Shown here: piece by piece, positions 21,747 to 34,933 of the stretch
How positions within the stretch are numbered: the first letter of the stretch is position 1
How the letters are laid out: the number at the start of each line of letters is the position of its first letter
From: Selaginella moellendorffii
Taxonomy: Eukaryota; Plantae; Lycopodiophyta
Length of the DNA: 64,000 nucleotides
Reading direction: 5' to 3'
NCBI RefSeq assembly: GCF_000143415.4
Contig: NW_003314300.1
Location: forward strand, 1,644,525-1,708,524
Program-made: the position numbers and the translations under genes
Notes under the pieces: model-generated
Databases searched by the model: none
Seen by the model: only the letters and a program-made list of their open reading frames with translations
What the model was told of the DNA's origin: nothing

Positions 21747-24593
21747 TCACGCCGCGGCCTCCTTCACGTAGTTTTGAAACGTCCGGATCTCTCCTGTCAA
21801 GCTCGCCGTCACTATGACCAGCCCCAGCCCCGCGGACGAGAAATCGGCCCCCTCCTCGTCGACGCTCGTCGCATCGCTCCTCTCCTCGGCCCCGGTGGCC
21901 GCGCTTACCACCGCCGAGTGACCATCCTCGCCACCTTCCTGGTTGGACGCCAGCGTTGCCGAGTCCATCAACCTGGTGGAGCCATCGTCGGTGACCGGGA
22001 ACACCGTCGAGGTGAGGCACTCGAAGCACGGCCCCGGGAAGCTGCTCTGCTTGAGCAACTGGAAGATGCCGTCCAGAGCACCTCGGCGATCGCTTGCGTT
22101 CTTGCCTTCGCTCTCCGTCGACCAGGGGACCGCAACCGTGACGCTGTCCGAGAAGAAGCTCTCGCACGACTTCTCGCTGATCTTGAGCTGGCCCCTACAA
22201 GTGGAGGTGGGAGGTGTCACGTTCCACAGGTAGACATGTGAATCTTCACTGGCGCTGATGATAAAGCTGCCGTTTCGGTTGAATGACGCCGAGATTTGAC
22301 TGCTCATGTTGCGGAATCCTTGGAAGAATAAACAAAACATAAGACCGTGTCAATCAACAGGTGTTGAATCTCTTTTGCTTTCCTATGACGCACCTTTAAA
22401 TCTTGCGACGAGATCCGTGTTGTCATACAGACGGATTTGGGAATCGTTTGAGGTGATGAGTATTTTAGACGGATTTCCTGGCATACACTGTGGAAATACA
22501 AAGAACGGATCAGAACTGTTGGGCTCTTATTTAAGATTTCATTCTTTACCGAACCTGAATGCCAGTGATCTTCTTGCCACGGAAATTCTTTCCCTTCTTA
22601 TTCACCACATCCACGTTCGCGTAGAGCTGCAGTTTGTTGCCTGAAACGAAAAGGAGAGCTTTAAAAAACCGACACTGGAACCGACTACGAGTAAAATACG
22701 GACCACTGGTATCGTAGAACCGGCAAGTTCCTTTGTACAGGCCTATCATCGCGCACTACATGGGAAGATTCGTTAGCACGCCGACTCATAGAAAACCCGA
22801 GGTGTGAAAAGAATACCGTGCCATCTGGAGTGTAAGATGCCGCCGTTACTATGTCACGCAAGTCTGTCCAATCGATGACTTGATGCTCTATGATGCTCCA
22901 TATGCGCGCCTTTCCGTCCAGTGAACCACTGAGGAAACAGGTATCATCGACGGGATTGAAGGCAATGCATGTCACTACCTCGCAAAACAAAACGAAAGGC
23001 TATAGCGTGATTACAAGTCACTAATTCTCAGTATGCCGGCAAACATTGCAAGGAAAAAAAAGAGATAAATGCAAGCGTTTGCAAGCAACTCGGTCCTTAC
23101 CATAGTCCTTGTGCAAGAAGACGTGTAGGCACGTTTGGTTCCGGACGTCCCACAGTCTCACGGTCTTGTCCATGGAGGACGACAACAAGAGAAGCTGAAA
23201 CCAAAGAAAAGAAAAGAAAACCAGAGGTTAGGCAGCTAAAGATAAAGAGAACCAGGGGTACCTTGGAAGACGACCACGACAAATCCAAAATATCTTCTGT
23301 GTGGCCATGGAGACTGCACAGCGGCTCACCGTCGAGCCCGAAAGCTTTCAAGCCAGCTTTATCGTCGCTCGTCTTTGACGAGCCTCGCTTTTTCTGATGT
23401 GGTGGCTTCCTAACCTCGTGAGTCCCCCCATCCGCTGCGCTAGCGGCGACTTGATTGCTCGATAAAACAATCTTCCACACCCGGACAACGCAGTCCTGCC
23501 CGCCACTTGCGAGGTACCGTCCGCCGGTACTGAACTTAAGAGCCCAAATCGGACCTTGGTGAGCATGAATCTCCTGTCCCATGTACAATTCCGCCAACTC
23601 TCTTACAGCTTTCTTGCACACGCGCACCTTAATTCTCTGCATTTTCCATGGTCTTCTCGCATCAGACCTTGGCTGAGCAGTAGACACGTCGTCTTTCTCT
23701 GCTGCAGCACTGGGAGTGCTTGACCGCCTCATGAAACCGCTAAACCATCTCTTCTTCTTGGGCTTCCCATTCAGCGGCAAATACGAAGAAGACGATGAAG
23801 AAGACGAAGAAGTCCCTGGTTTTTTCCTGTTCTCCCTGTCGACCCTCCTCATTTCCTGTACAATTGGAGAGAGTCCCAGAGAACTGTCAAACTCCTCTCG
23901 CGACAGCTCCCTCCCCGTCCCAACCTCTCTAACTCTGTTCCACGACCCATCCGATCCGAGCTCCTCGACTATAAACTCCTTGCCGCTGTCCAGATCCTTT
24001 ATCCTATACACGAACTCCCTGCCACTGCTGTTGGTAGAGCTTTGACCATCTACATTGGCGTCGGTAGACCTTCCATCCGCGAGAATTGGGCTGCCGGGGC
24101 TGACCAAATCCCCATTTCTGGCATCTTCGTCCCTGGAGCTCTCGTAGCCGTCGCTAGAGCGAAGACGATCCAGATCCACGGACTCTCCCCTCAAATGCTC
24201 TCCTCCCGAGAGGGGATCCGAGATGCTGCGGAAGACCCGAGGCGTGGAGGCCGTCGACGGAGGGAAGGAATGGCTGGAGGTGAGGAAAGAGGGCTCCCTG
24301 CTGCCAAAGAAATCCTCCAGCCCCATTCTCTGGAGCAATCTCACCCTACGCTCCCCGACGCTGGCCGGATCGCTCCTCCACACCGCATATTTCGAGTCGC
24401 CGGAAGGGAATGCGGCGAAATCCTGGCGCTTGCCGCGCTGCCGCAGCTTGAATCTAGCAAGACGCTCACCATCGCTGCTGCCACCGCTATCGGAGCCGGA
24501 GGTGGTCGCGATTTCTTCGAGAGTCTCGAAGAATTCCTCCTCCTGCCCCTCGCCGTCGGAGCTCGCGGCGTCCGGAGCTTCTCCCTCCGCCAT
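21747..24593 (-). CDS. WD40-repeat protein, WDR44-like, multi-exon
   Basis: [106 protein letters not shown]; short GT-AG introns. Confidence 0.88.
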
Positions 24594-25121
24594 AGCTGCT
24601 GCATCTACCGGCGCGCCATCGCCATCGTCTTCTCCGTCCTAGAAACCTAACCTAACCACGGTAGTTTAGGCGTTAACTACGGTCCAGGGGCCTTGACGTG
24701 GCGCCAAACAACCGCACGTCACCGACAAGGCCGAGCTGTGATTTGCTTAAAAGAAAGCGATTTATCTCTAGTCTTTAATCCTCTCTCTCTCTCTCTCTCT
24801 CTCTATTTAGCGATCGATTCCATTGTTCTCTTAGGAATTCCTGGCGGCATTCACCAGCTCTAGAGTGGAAAGCGATGGAATTTGCTTGGAGCTTTTCAAC
24901 GATCCATGGCCCAGCGCATTCAAATCAAAGCGCTCAGATGGTTTGGATTGTCTCTAGCAGCAAAATTTCGCTGGAAATAGGCCAAATTGACCAAGCACCT
25001 GGTGGAATCCGGCAATGGAAGCGACTGGCTCGCCGTGCCGATCTTTCACCTTTTTGCCCCAAATTTAAAATCCAAAATGCGCGCGAAACTTTTTCTAGGG
25101 TTAGGGTTTATCGCCGCGCAG
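24594..25121. promoter_or_regulatory. Bidirectional promoter (WDR44-like / METTL5) with (CT)n tract, ACGT element and telo-box
   Basis: Divergent ATGs 529 bp apart; TGACGTGGC near 24694, (CT)11-12 at 24781-24804, TAGGGTTAGGGTTT near 25096-25109. Confidence 0.55.
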
Positions 25122-26247
25122 ATGAAGCTCAAGCAGCTGGAGAGCGAGCTCGGCCATCTCGTCCAGTTCCAGTCTCCAAAGGTATGGCGCTCTTGCGGCG
25201 CTCAATGCGCTCACTCGAATCTGGATTCTGGTCGCGCAGATCGAACTGGAGCAATACCCGACTGGCGCGCACATCGCTTCTCGGATGATGTACATGGTCT
25301 CTCAAATCCTTTTTTCCTCCGTGAGCGTGACGAATTCCTTCTTTTGCCAGGCTGAATCCAACTTTGGAGATATTTGTGGGAAATCCATCGCTGATCTTGG
25401 CTGTGGCTGTGGAACGCTCGGTGTGGCTGCGTCTTTGCTCGACGCCAGGTACGCATTTATTTTCTGCAAGATTCGTTTCTTTCCTGAACGTTTTCTTTTC
25501 TTCTTTCTGTAGTTACGTGATTGGTTTCGATCAAGATCTCGCGGCTTTAGACACTGCCCAAGAAAACTGCCGGGACCTTGAGGTATGTAAGCTTGTAACT
25601 TCGTAACTTCACAACTAGTTCTTGGTCTTCTTTCTTTTTTCTTGTTATTCTTCTGCACCTTTTCTTTTTTTAATTTTGTAAGTAACTTGTGGCTCTTTTT
25701 TCTTCGATCAGATCGACATGGATTTCGTGCAGTGTGATGTCAAGAGTCTTGGTTTGACGCGTAAGTGCTTACCGACGTCATATAGATGTTACACCTCTCA
25801 TTACAGGAATCAGTGTCGACACAGTCGTAATGAATCCTCCGTTTGGCACTAGAAGGAAGGGAGCTGACATGGAGTTCTTGTCTGTAGCTCTGAAGGTACT
25901 GTGAGCTCCTTTTTTCCTCGATTGTGATGCTATATGTTGTTTCAGATCGCACGGACTGCCATCTACTCTTTACACAAAAGCTCTACAAGACAGGTTCTTC
26001 AAACCCAAGTTTTGACGAATACTGAAATGACTTTCCTGGTGGCAGCATGTGAAACGAGCAGCTCTGCAGGACCTCGGGGCTAAAACCGCAGAAGTCTTGT
26101 TCGAGGTAGAGTTTTTTCAGTGCATTCACCTAGTTCTGATGACTTGATCTTTTGTTGCAGTTGAGATTTGACTTGAAATCTTTGTACAAATTCCACAAGA
26201 AACAAGAGCTGGACATCGCTGTAGATTTGTGGCGATTTACCGTTTAG
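25122..26247 (+). CDS. METTL5: rRNA N6-adenosine methyltransferase METTL5-like, 8 exons
   Basis: Spliced product MKLKQLE..ELEQYPTGAHIASRM..ADLGCGCGTL..DTVVMNPPFGTRRKGADMEFL..YSLHKSSTR..YKFHKK..DIAVDLWRF*. Confidence 0.92.
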
Positions 26248-26383
26248 CGCACAAATCCTGCGAAGAATTTACAAGGTAAAGCATTGTTCCTGGTCGCAAA
26301 AAAGACTGACTAGATTACTCTCGCAGGACATCGCAGATATATAATTTCTTTTCTGTGCTTACTGTAGCGTCAGAGGTAGGGTT

Positions 26384-27087
26384 ATGGGGAAAGCGTTGAT
26401 GATCGCGGTGGATGACTCTGAATCGAGTGCCTATGCTGTCAAGTTCACCCTGGAGAACTTGGCTTCAAGCGACGATGCGATCACTCTAGTTCATGTTCGC
26501 TCGGAGGTAGATGGTAGGGAGTTTCTTTTGTTCTTTTGTTCTTGTGATATGATCTTCGTTGTCTTCTATTCTAGTTGAGGGATTTTATGGAACACCGGAT
26601 TGGGTTGCCGAAATGGATCAGAAGTTTGAAGAGCGAGCTCGTGGTATTCTGTCCCGCATGAAGGAAATTGTGGATGGGCATAAGGTACTTTGTGACAAGC
26701 TTTTGACTAGCTCATGATTTCTTTTTCTACAAAACAGATACCTTGCATGATTGTATCCAAGAAAGGGGATGCCCGAGAAAAGCTGCTAGAAGCTGTCAAC
26801 GAGTTCCCTCCAACAATGTTAATACTGGGAAGCCGAGGCCTCGGAATGGTGAAAAGGTTCGCCAAAAAGCTCTAGTTCCCATTCCCTAAACCGTGGATTT
26901 GGACAGGACGTTCCTGGGNNNNNNNNNNNNNNNNNNNNNNNNNNNNNNNNNNNNNNNNNNNNNNNNNNNNNNNNNNNNNNNNNNNNNNNNNNNNNNNNNN
27001 NNNNNNNNNNNNNNNNNNAGCGTGAGTGACTATGCTGCACAGCATGCTGAATGCCCTGTGCTTATTGTCAAGCTTCCACACCCGTAA
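26384..27087 (+). CDS. Universal stress protein A-like, 4 exons; last exon contains a 100-N gap
   Basis: MIAVDDSESSAYA, LVHV, GDAREKL.EAV, LILGSRGLG, RTFLG/SVSDYAAQHAECPVLIVK. Confidence 0.9.
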
Positions 27088-27461
27088 GATTTTATGTGTT
27101 TCAAATGCCTTTTTTCTCTTTTTCTTTTGAGGGACCTATAAGCGGTGCGTTCTTCAGTCCGCACTTTCTTAAGTTTACCCTCAGAAAGCAAATCGATTCG
27201 CTTGTTCAGGACCAAAATTCTGTGTTTATGGATCCTCAAAGCGACACTTGGACAGTTTCTAGAGCTTTTTTCAAACAATAGTTTGCTGATAATCGGTGCT
27301 AATCGTTGGCACAAGTTTATTCCTTCTTTTACTTAAGTTGTAGTATAGTGTGACGCGGACAACTATCCCCCGCTTGTCAGGAAAGTGTGATCGGGAACAT
27401 TGTAGCTCAACGTGCTTAATTCGTTCAATTGCTCATTTGGATTGCAATACTTCGATATTTC

Positions 27462-27850
27462 TTAATTGCAAACATTTGCTACTCTCGCATATCTTTTGTT
27501 CATTAGAACCTGTATTTCCCCCACTAACACCATAATAGCAATAGAGTCCACAACGCAGACCATCCTATTTCCCTCGACGTCTACACAAAACCTGGCTAGC
27601 CTAAGGAAACCATAGGATATCCACCAATCACTTCACATATATTGTTGTGATCACCTGGGCACTTGCAACCCTATGATTTGGAAAAAGAAAACAAGGTGTT
27701 TTTATGAACCACCTCATTATGGGTGATCTTCCTTCACAAGAATGTGCTGTTGCAGACAAAATGATAAACCATATTTGAGACATATGTACTCCAATAAAAA
27801 TACTGACCAGCATAAATAACTCTAATAATAATTGGAAAAACACATTAGCA
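27462..27850 (-). pseudogene. Eroded copy of the half-OCT membrane protein family
   Basis: AHSCEG..MRWFIKTP..FPNH and terminal RVANVCN*, with internal deletions. Confidence 0.75.
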
Positions 27851-27879
27851 TGATGAAACAGTCTTAAGTTGATATTCCG

Positions 27880-27979
<100 letters not shown>

Positions 27980-28111
27980 NNNNNNNNNNNNNNNNNNNNN
28001 NNNNNNNNNNNNNNNNNNNNNNNNNNNNNNNNNNNNNNNNNNNNNNNNNNNNNNNNNNNNNNNNNNNNNNNNNNNNNNNTCACTGCAGAAGTCTATGCTG
28101 CTATATATTAA

Positions 28112-28445
28112 ATAAATTGCTACGCATTGCATATAGTACACTTGGTTTGCTTAATACTAGTGTTATTATTACTTATTAATCCAATTGATCAAATAAAGTT
28201 TATAATTATAAGCATGTTTGTAATTCATATATACAAGATTAATTTTATTGCATATCAACCATTAGATGGTAGAATTAAAAAGAATATACTAGAAAAGGTT
28301 TAAGAAAATTTATAAATTATAAATACAAAATTAATCTAAATGAATAACAACCGTTAGATGGTAGAATATCCTAGAATATCCAAGCATATTCTAGGTATAT
28401 CCAATACCATCCCAGTCCCCCTATAGGTTTGCTTAAGCAAACCAA
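28112..28445 (-). mobile_element. Non-autonomous Helentron/DINE-1-like element (about 335 bp)
   Basis: Absent from the paralogous site near 55720. 13-bp asymmetric inverted repeats at 28142-28154 and 28433-28445; 18-bp palindrome at 28426-28443; inserted in an A/T run; no distinct TSD. Confidence 0.55.
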
Positions 28446-28542
28446 AAAAACCCACTCTCTGAATACTTGCATTATCTGTGGCAGCACATGAATTCTAGTT
28501 TCAACCAGCCCAAAGTTCTCTTGATCACTTTAATATTACACA

Positions 28543-29535
28543 TTTAATTGGAAGCATTTGCTACTCTCCCACTGTTTCTTTTGTTCATCAAAACTCGTCC
28601 TAACATTTCCCCCACTAACACCACAACAACAATAGAGTCCATGACACACACCATCCTATTTCCCCACCTCCAGTCTGGATATAATGTCTACACATAAAAG
28701 TGATAGGTATGCAACCTGGCACACAAAGAGAACCTATAGGATATGTACCAATTACTTCACATATAACGTTGTCATCTTCCCTCTGACAGTCGGCAAATCC
28801 ATGATTTGGACAAAAACCATCTTTTCCAACTAATAAAACAGGGTGTTTCTATGAACCATCTCATTACAGCTGATGTTCCTGCACAAGAATGTGCTATTGC
28901 AGAAAAAACTTGCCAAATAATAAACCAGGAGCGATTTGAGACATATGTGCTGGCTAATGCACTAGCTGCTCCAATAAAAATACTAACCAAGCACCTGTAG
29001 TGGAAGAGAGTAGCGATTCCAATAATAACTGTAAAATCAGTTTAGCAATAGTATTTTACACAACTGTTCTAATATTACCTCCAATAATATAGCCACCTGA
29101 AGAATAGAAGTTGCCCTGAGGGAGCAGGAAAACAGATAGTTTCCTTGGGAAAAGCTGGGAACCCCAGTAATCCCAGGGAAGAGAAAAGGTAAAAAAAGAA
29201 GTTCTGGAAGACAAGCACAGCAAAAACCACACCCTACTGATAAAAATGACAAGTGAAGCAAACAAGTTGCCAATATCTTATGGCAGAGTATTTTGGCCCA
29301 ATTTTTGCATAGAATATGATGTAAAACCCCTTAGTGCATTGCAGTCTCTTTGACAATAAAGAACACCATTTGGGCAATTCCACTTTGGAGGATAAAATGT
29401 GATATAGATGGTGAAAACATAAAAACTAATTGCCCAAGTCATAATAATTGAAACAGGTAAGAAGAACCACCACAATGGAACACTCCTACTAGTAATCTCC
29501 ATACAATCTATCAAGCCCTAATATGTAATCCTATA
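28543..29535 (-). pseudogene. Half-OCT membrane protein family, frameshifted copy with a ~135-bp insertion near 29100-29235
   Basis: Highly similar to 55821-56705, but with 1-bp indels, small deletions and the insertion. Confidence 0.85.
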
Positions 29536-29639
29536 AATTGACAAATATACTAAATTTCACAAAATAAAGATTTTGTAAAGCTAAGGTTTGGGAAGCTGAG
29601 GGGACTTCAATGCAAGTCATGCAGATTGAACTGGAGAAT

Positions 29640-30235
29640 GATGTACTCTTGTTTTGGAAATCCTTTTTTACCATCATTGCTATTGGGGTCTATTTTTTTA
29701 TCTTCTTGGTTGCTTTCTTTTCTTTACTGTGAATTTTTTGTATCTTCTTCTAATAGTTACGTGATTGGATTCTTGCAAGCCCTTGCAGCATTGCTTGAGA
29801 TATGTAAACTTTTAAGTTCAAGTATTTCTTGGCTTCCAACCTTTAAGTTTTTATTTTAGTTATTTGCATGCCGATTTCTTTGATCAGATTGAAAGGGTAT
29901 TGATGTTTGATGGGTAACATATTATACTTGTCAATATAAGAACTAGTGTGACATAGTAGTACTTTTGGCATTGATTTCCTATTCGCAACTCTATTATGAG
30001 GTATTTCCTCCTTTCTTCCTCAATTGTTATGCTATATATTGTTTCAAATCACAAAAACAGTTTTGATGATACCAAAATGGCTTTCCTGGTGGCAACATGT
30101 AAAACGAGCAACTGCAGAATTCTTGTATGAAGTAGAGTTTTTCAGCGCGTTCAGACAACTTAATCTTGTTTTGGCAGTTGAGCTTGACTTGAAATCTTTC
30201 TAAAGTCAAGAGCTGGATAGATTTGAGGCGATAGC
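29640..30235 (+). pseudogene. METTL5: Eroded METTL5 duplicate
   Basis: Collinear nucleotide matches to 25400-26240 (TAGTTACGTGATTGG, TTTCCTGGTGGCA.CATGT, CAGTTGAG.TTGACTTGAAATCTTT, CAAGAGCTGGA), with many small deletions. Confidence 0.8.
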
Positions 30236-30614
30236 TCTGGCGACCAGGAACAATCGTGGATGAGGATTTAGTAATGAAAAGAAATCACGATCATGAAGTC
30301 AAAAGACTTCATTAATTAAGTACTTTATCTTCATCCACAATACTAAATTGCTCCTCAAACTTTTGCATAAAGAAAAATCAATTAACAGAGAAGAAAGATT
30401 AAGAGATGCTTACCATCTACCTCTGAGTTCTCCAGGTTATTGGGTAAAAATAAAATTCCCTAGGATGCATTTAGCAAACGTTATAAGAGTTTTTAGCTTA
30501 CTTGTGGGATGGTCCATCAAAATGTTGAGTTCCTGTAAGTTCTGTGGGACGATTTCCCGTTTAACGTTGAAGCTGATTGAGCTTGCTAATTTTCTAGATT
30601 AGTTTCTTTTCTAA

Positions 30615-31605
30615 CAGGCTGAGAGCTATTCGCTTTGAACCGAAAGTTACACTCGGACAGTCTCATGGATTCACCTCGAGTTTATTGTGTTCCATGAGGC
30701 ACTTGTCAGTACGAGGTAAAAGAAGTCAATGGTGCTGGAATCAATGTGAGCAAGCCAGGTATTGCTTTGTACTTCCTCAAAGAGTAAAGGCATAAACGTT
30801 TTGGCTTCTTTCTGCAGTCACTCATACAACACAGATTTCCTGAAGTAGCTGGTCTCCAAGACGTGATGGTACTTTAAAGAGAACTTTTCTTTTCTGTACG
30901 TAGAGATTGTGGATGCTTTGTTAGAGGTGCTTATTTAAGTGCAAGCCATCTTTTGCAGGTCACTGGTTGATGCTATCAGGAAATGCTAGAGGATGGATGC
31001 ATCCTCCAGTCAGCATTTGATGGATGTTAGTGCAGGTAAAAGAATTATTGCTAGAAACTCTTACAACTTTCTTGTTGCTTTTTGAATTTCCAGACACTGG
31101 ACATCTGCATTTGCTGGATACGATTGCTTTGAGAATTACTTGCGAGTGGAGACATGTTAGTTGTTCTCTTATTCTTGTTTGTCTTGCTAGCTCTCAGCTC
31201 AGACTTGCCTAAGAGCATTGGCATACATGGAGTCAGAAAAACATCAAAGACTTGACAAGCCTCATGGACGAGCCTTTGATGCCAAGACTGTAGGACAAAA
31301 TGCTTGATGCAGTTGGATATCTATTAGTGCAGAAAGCTCCATTCTACTTCGGAATTGCTCGCAGCCATGGCATTGAAGACACCTCCTTGCATAGACAAAC
31401 AACTAGAGACAAAAAGATTGTTTGTTTGCATTTAGCAAGAAAACACATACAAGAAGAGCTGCTTTCTATCTTCTGCTTCTTGCGAATGAAGGATAGGATG
31501 AAGAAAGCTACATTTGCAAATGCAGTAGTAACGGCTCCTGTGACATGGGCATAATCTGTTTCCCAATGGGAGAAAACTCCCCAAAACAAAGCTGAAACAG
31601 TGAGG
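30615..31605. repeat. Block paralogous to 56735-57160 (direct) and 63120-63970 (inverted); includes the 3' end of a paralog of the 61831 gene on the minus strand
   Basis: LFWGVFSHWETDYAH (31344-31600, -) versus LFWGVFSHWEKDYAH (63125, +); shared GGTAAAAGAAGTCAATGGT and TTGCTAGAAACT. Confidence 0.8.
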
Positions 31606-32988
31606 GAAAATTAAGGGAAAGGTATAAAGTATTGTCATATAAACTCTTATTACCTAAACTCTATAAAAAAACCTTTGTAAAAGTGTTATCCCATAAACCC
31701 CATAACAATGTCTCTTTACAAAGACCCTGTTAAACTCCATTGGAAAAATAATCATTCTATCCAAAATTATATTGTAAACTACTCAACACTTGCTAAATAG
31801 AGGCAAATACTCTAATATGTACTTTAGCTTATGTACAAATTGTGTGTTATGCTTGGTATTTCTAAGTTTTATAGACTAATTCAAATGCAGGTAAGATTCC
31901 AAGGGAATGGAGGTCTTTTTGGTGCAAAAATACATAGAAATCCTCCAAAAAACCTTGATTTCCGTGTATACTATGTTCTTTTTATCAAAACAACAATAAT
32001 GACTAGAGCTCTCACGACATCCACCACATATCACATAGGCATTAATTTTGAGAAGATCATGACTGATATATCTACCTCAACTCTATAGTATATTAGCTCA
32101 TTTTTCCAAACTTATCAAACATATATCTAAAAAATTCATTATAGATATTTTAGTGGTAGAGATAGGTGTTTATCAGGTAAAAATGGCTGCATGCTGAAGA
32201 GGTGAGGGTGTTTTCTAAGCTTGTGGTGATGGTAGTGACAACCTTAGAGTTGAGCATGCTCCATCACTTTATGATAGGAATGAAATTCCTTGGTGTTGAG
32301 TAGTGGGCTACTATCCAAGTCTTTTATTATCAGTATAGCTAAACACTGAGACTGGCATATGAAAAGCCACAGCTTCAAGAGAAGCTATCAACCAGACTTT
32401 AAGTTATGATAATCATCTTTAGCCTCTAGGCTCGAGGAGCAAGTCATGGGAAGGTAATACGTATATATTGGATGGTCTTCTTGTATATCATAAATATTAG
32501 TTTTATTCCATTTATAGTTTTTTATTCTATTTTTAAGAAAAAACCATATAATTTGAAAAAATAAAACTAGGTGAATATAGTTTTTCAACCATGCATATAG
32601 TTTGTATATGCGTGTTCTAACATAATTTTCTCAAAGCACAGTTATGAAATTTAGTTATCTATTTATGATTTTGTAAAGTTTATTATGTAACTAGAATAGT
32701 TAAAATATAATTATCTCAATAATTATTCTGAAAATAGAATATAATATAGTTTTCAATATAGATAATTTTTTGTGTATTATATAATATATACATACATATA
32801 TTTAATATATAAAACTGGAATATAATAAGAGAATGTGAGTGCATGGGATATAGAAAGAGAATACAGAAAATGTACATATAATTAGCCCAAAAACCCTAAT
32901 TTATATATAAGAGTGAATGGTCCAAATTGAAACCAATTCGATGGCTACAAAAATTCTACTACGCTAATATTAGTATACAGCATCATAG

Positions 32989-33581
32989 TGTAAGCTCCTG
33001 AGTTTGGACTTCCCGAGAGGTCACCCAGCTTAGTACTATTCAAACCCAAGGACACTTAACTCCAAATATCCCAAGACCCTTAACCCATTGGAAAAGGGGG
33101 TGCACTCTTGTTCATGGGCCCTTTCCCTCTATATTTGAACCCCATGAATTGTCTCTCAAGTCATTCCCTTTGGTTGCTTACAATCCACCATGCTTCCCTA
33201 CAAGTTCACGCCCTCGTGAACGGAAGCTGAGAGCTGCAGCTCTCCCGAGAGCCCTGCTCTCTTGACACCCTACCCCTCGGGTCGAGCCCAGCGGGAGCAA
33301 ACTGGACCAGCCAGATGTCAATCAACATGTGGTGTGATTCCCCTAGCCAACCAACAGAGTCGGACCTGAGACCGCTCTAATACCAAATGTAAGCTCCTGA
33401 GTTTGGACTTCCCGGGAGGTCACCCAGCCCAATACTATTCAAACCCAAGGACGCTTAACTCCAAATATCCCAAGACCCTTAACCGATTGGAAAAAGGGGT
33501 GCACTCTTGTTCATGGGCCCTTTCCCTCTATATTTGAACCCCATGGATCGTCTCTCAAGTCGTTCCCTTTGGTTGCTTATA
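32989..33581 (-). mobile_element. Cassandra TRIM, copy 1 (5S rRNA domain in LTRs)
   Basis: 194-bp LTRs at 32989-33182 and 33388-33581, TSD CATAG, tRNA-iMet-type PBS TGGTATTAGAGC, 205-bp non-coding interior, 5S-like segment. Confidence 0.93.
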
Positions 33582-34933
33582 CATAGGCCTACACTTGGAC
33601 CTCACATCATCCCCTCCTCTCGGAATAATGGAAAACCATCAAGGTTCTCTTGTAGATGGATCGGGATCTAGAGGAACATCAGGAGGAGGCATTGGCGGAT
33701 CTGTAGGTGGTATTAGTTGTTCTTGATCTCTTTGTATAAAGCGTTTCAACTGCTGCATATGCACAATTTCTGGAGGATCAGCCTGCTGGATGTCATGCCA
33801 AACCTCATAAACTTGCAGTCCAACTTGCCGCAACACTTGATATGGACCTTTCCATTGAGCAAGGAGCCCTTTAGATAAACCACGTACCGTAAGATGGGGA
33901 AAATGACACCAAGTCATCCACTTTGTACTCCGTAGGTGGATGATGATGGGAGTTGTAGTGCCGTTGTTGTCCCACTTGTACGTGGCCTAAGTGTTCGGCA
34001 GACTCTACTTGGATAAGTGGAAGAATGCTCATCAAATATTGATCCCATGACCTAACATCGGCAGCTCGTGGCAATCACAAAGGTAAACCTAACTCTGTTG
34101 ATAATATTGGATTATGACCATATAAAAGTTTATATGGTGAAGCACCAATAGAACTCTGCACCCCTGTAACATATATATACCAAAGAAACGGCAGATAACC
34201 ATCCTAAACCGAATGCTGAAAGTTCAGTACTTTGTGATCATTCCTTTGAATGTCGAAACAAGCTATTCTACCAAACCGTTTGACTATGGATGATAAGCAC
34301 TCATAAAAGTGTGGCATATTCCCAACAGAGATGTCAAAACATGAAATTCTTTAGTTATAAATGTAGGACCATTATTCGAAAGAATTTGCTCTAGATAAAA
34401 ATATTAGAACACCACTCGATTGAGGAAGAAGTATTCAATAGCAATTGCAGAGGCATTAACAAAAGCACCAACTTCCACCTAATGAGTCAAATAGTCAGAA
34501 GCAATAATAACATATTTATTGCCAATAGTCAATTAAAGAAAAGGTCCCATAAGATCAAATGCTACCAACTAAAATGGACAAGAAATTACAATTAACTCCA
34601 ACTGTCCTTCTGCAGCATGAGGGGGAATATTAAGAGTTTGGCATCAAACGCAGTTACGTATATAGTGAATAACATCATGTCACATCTCTGGTCAATAGAA
34701 AGACTTGTGCAACTTCTCGGTCACAAGACAATGTCCTATATGCCCGCCTAGAATAGGAGAATCATGGTAGGCATAGAGAAACCATGGAATAAAGATGGAA
34801 AGCATCACCAACCGTAAAGGATCATTAGGATATGTCCCCACAAAATAAAGAAGGTTGTCTTCAAGGTGATATTGAGAATGTAAATGCCGAAATGGCAAGT
34901 CATCAACAAGTGATGCAGGACTTTCAAACCCAT

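Noticed and set aside
25096-25109. Interstitial telomere array
   Set aside because: Only 1-2 units next to an ATG; better explained as a telo-box promoter element.
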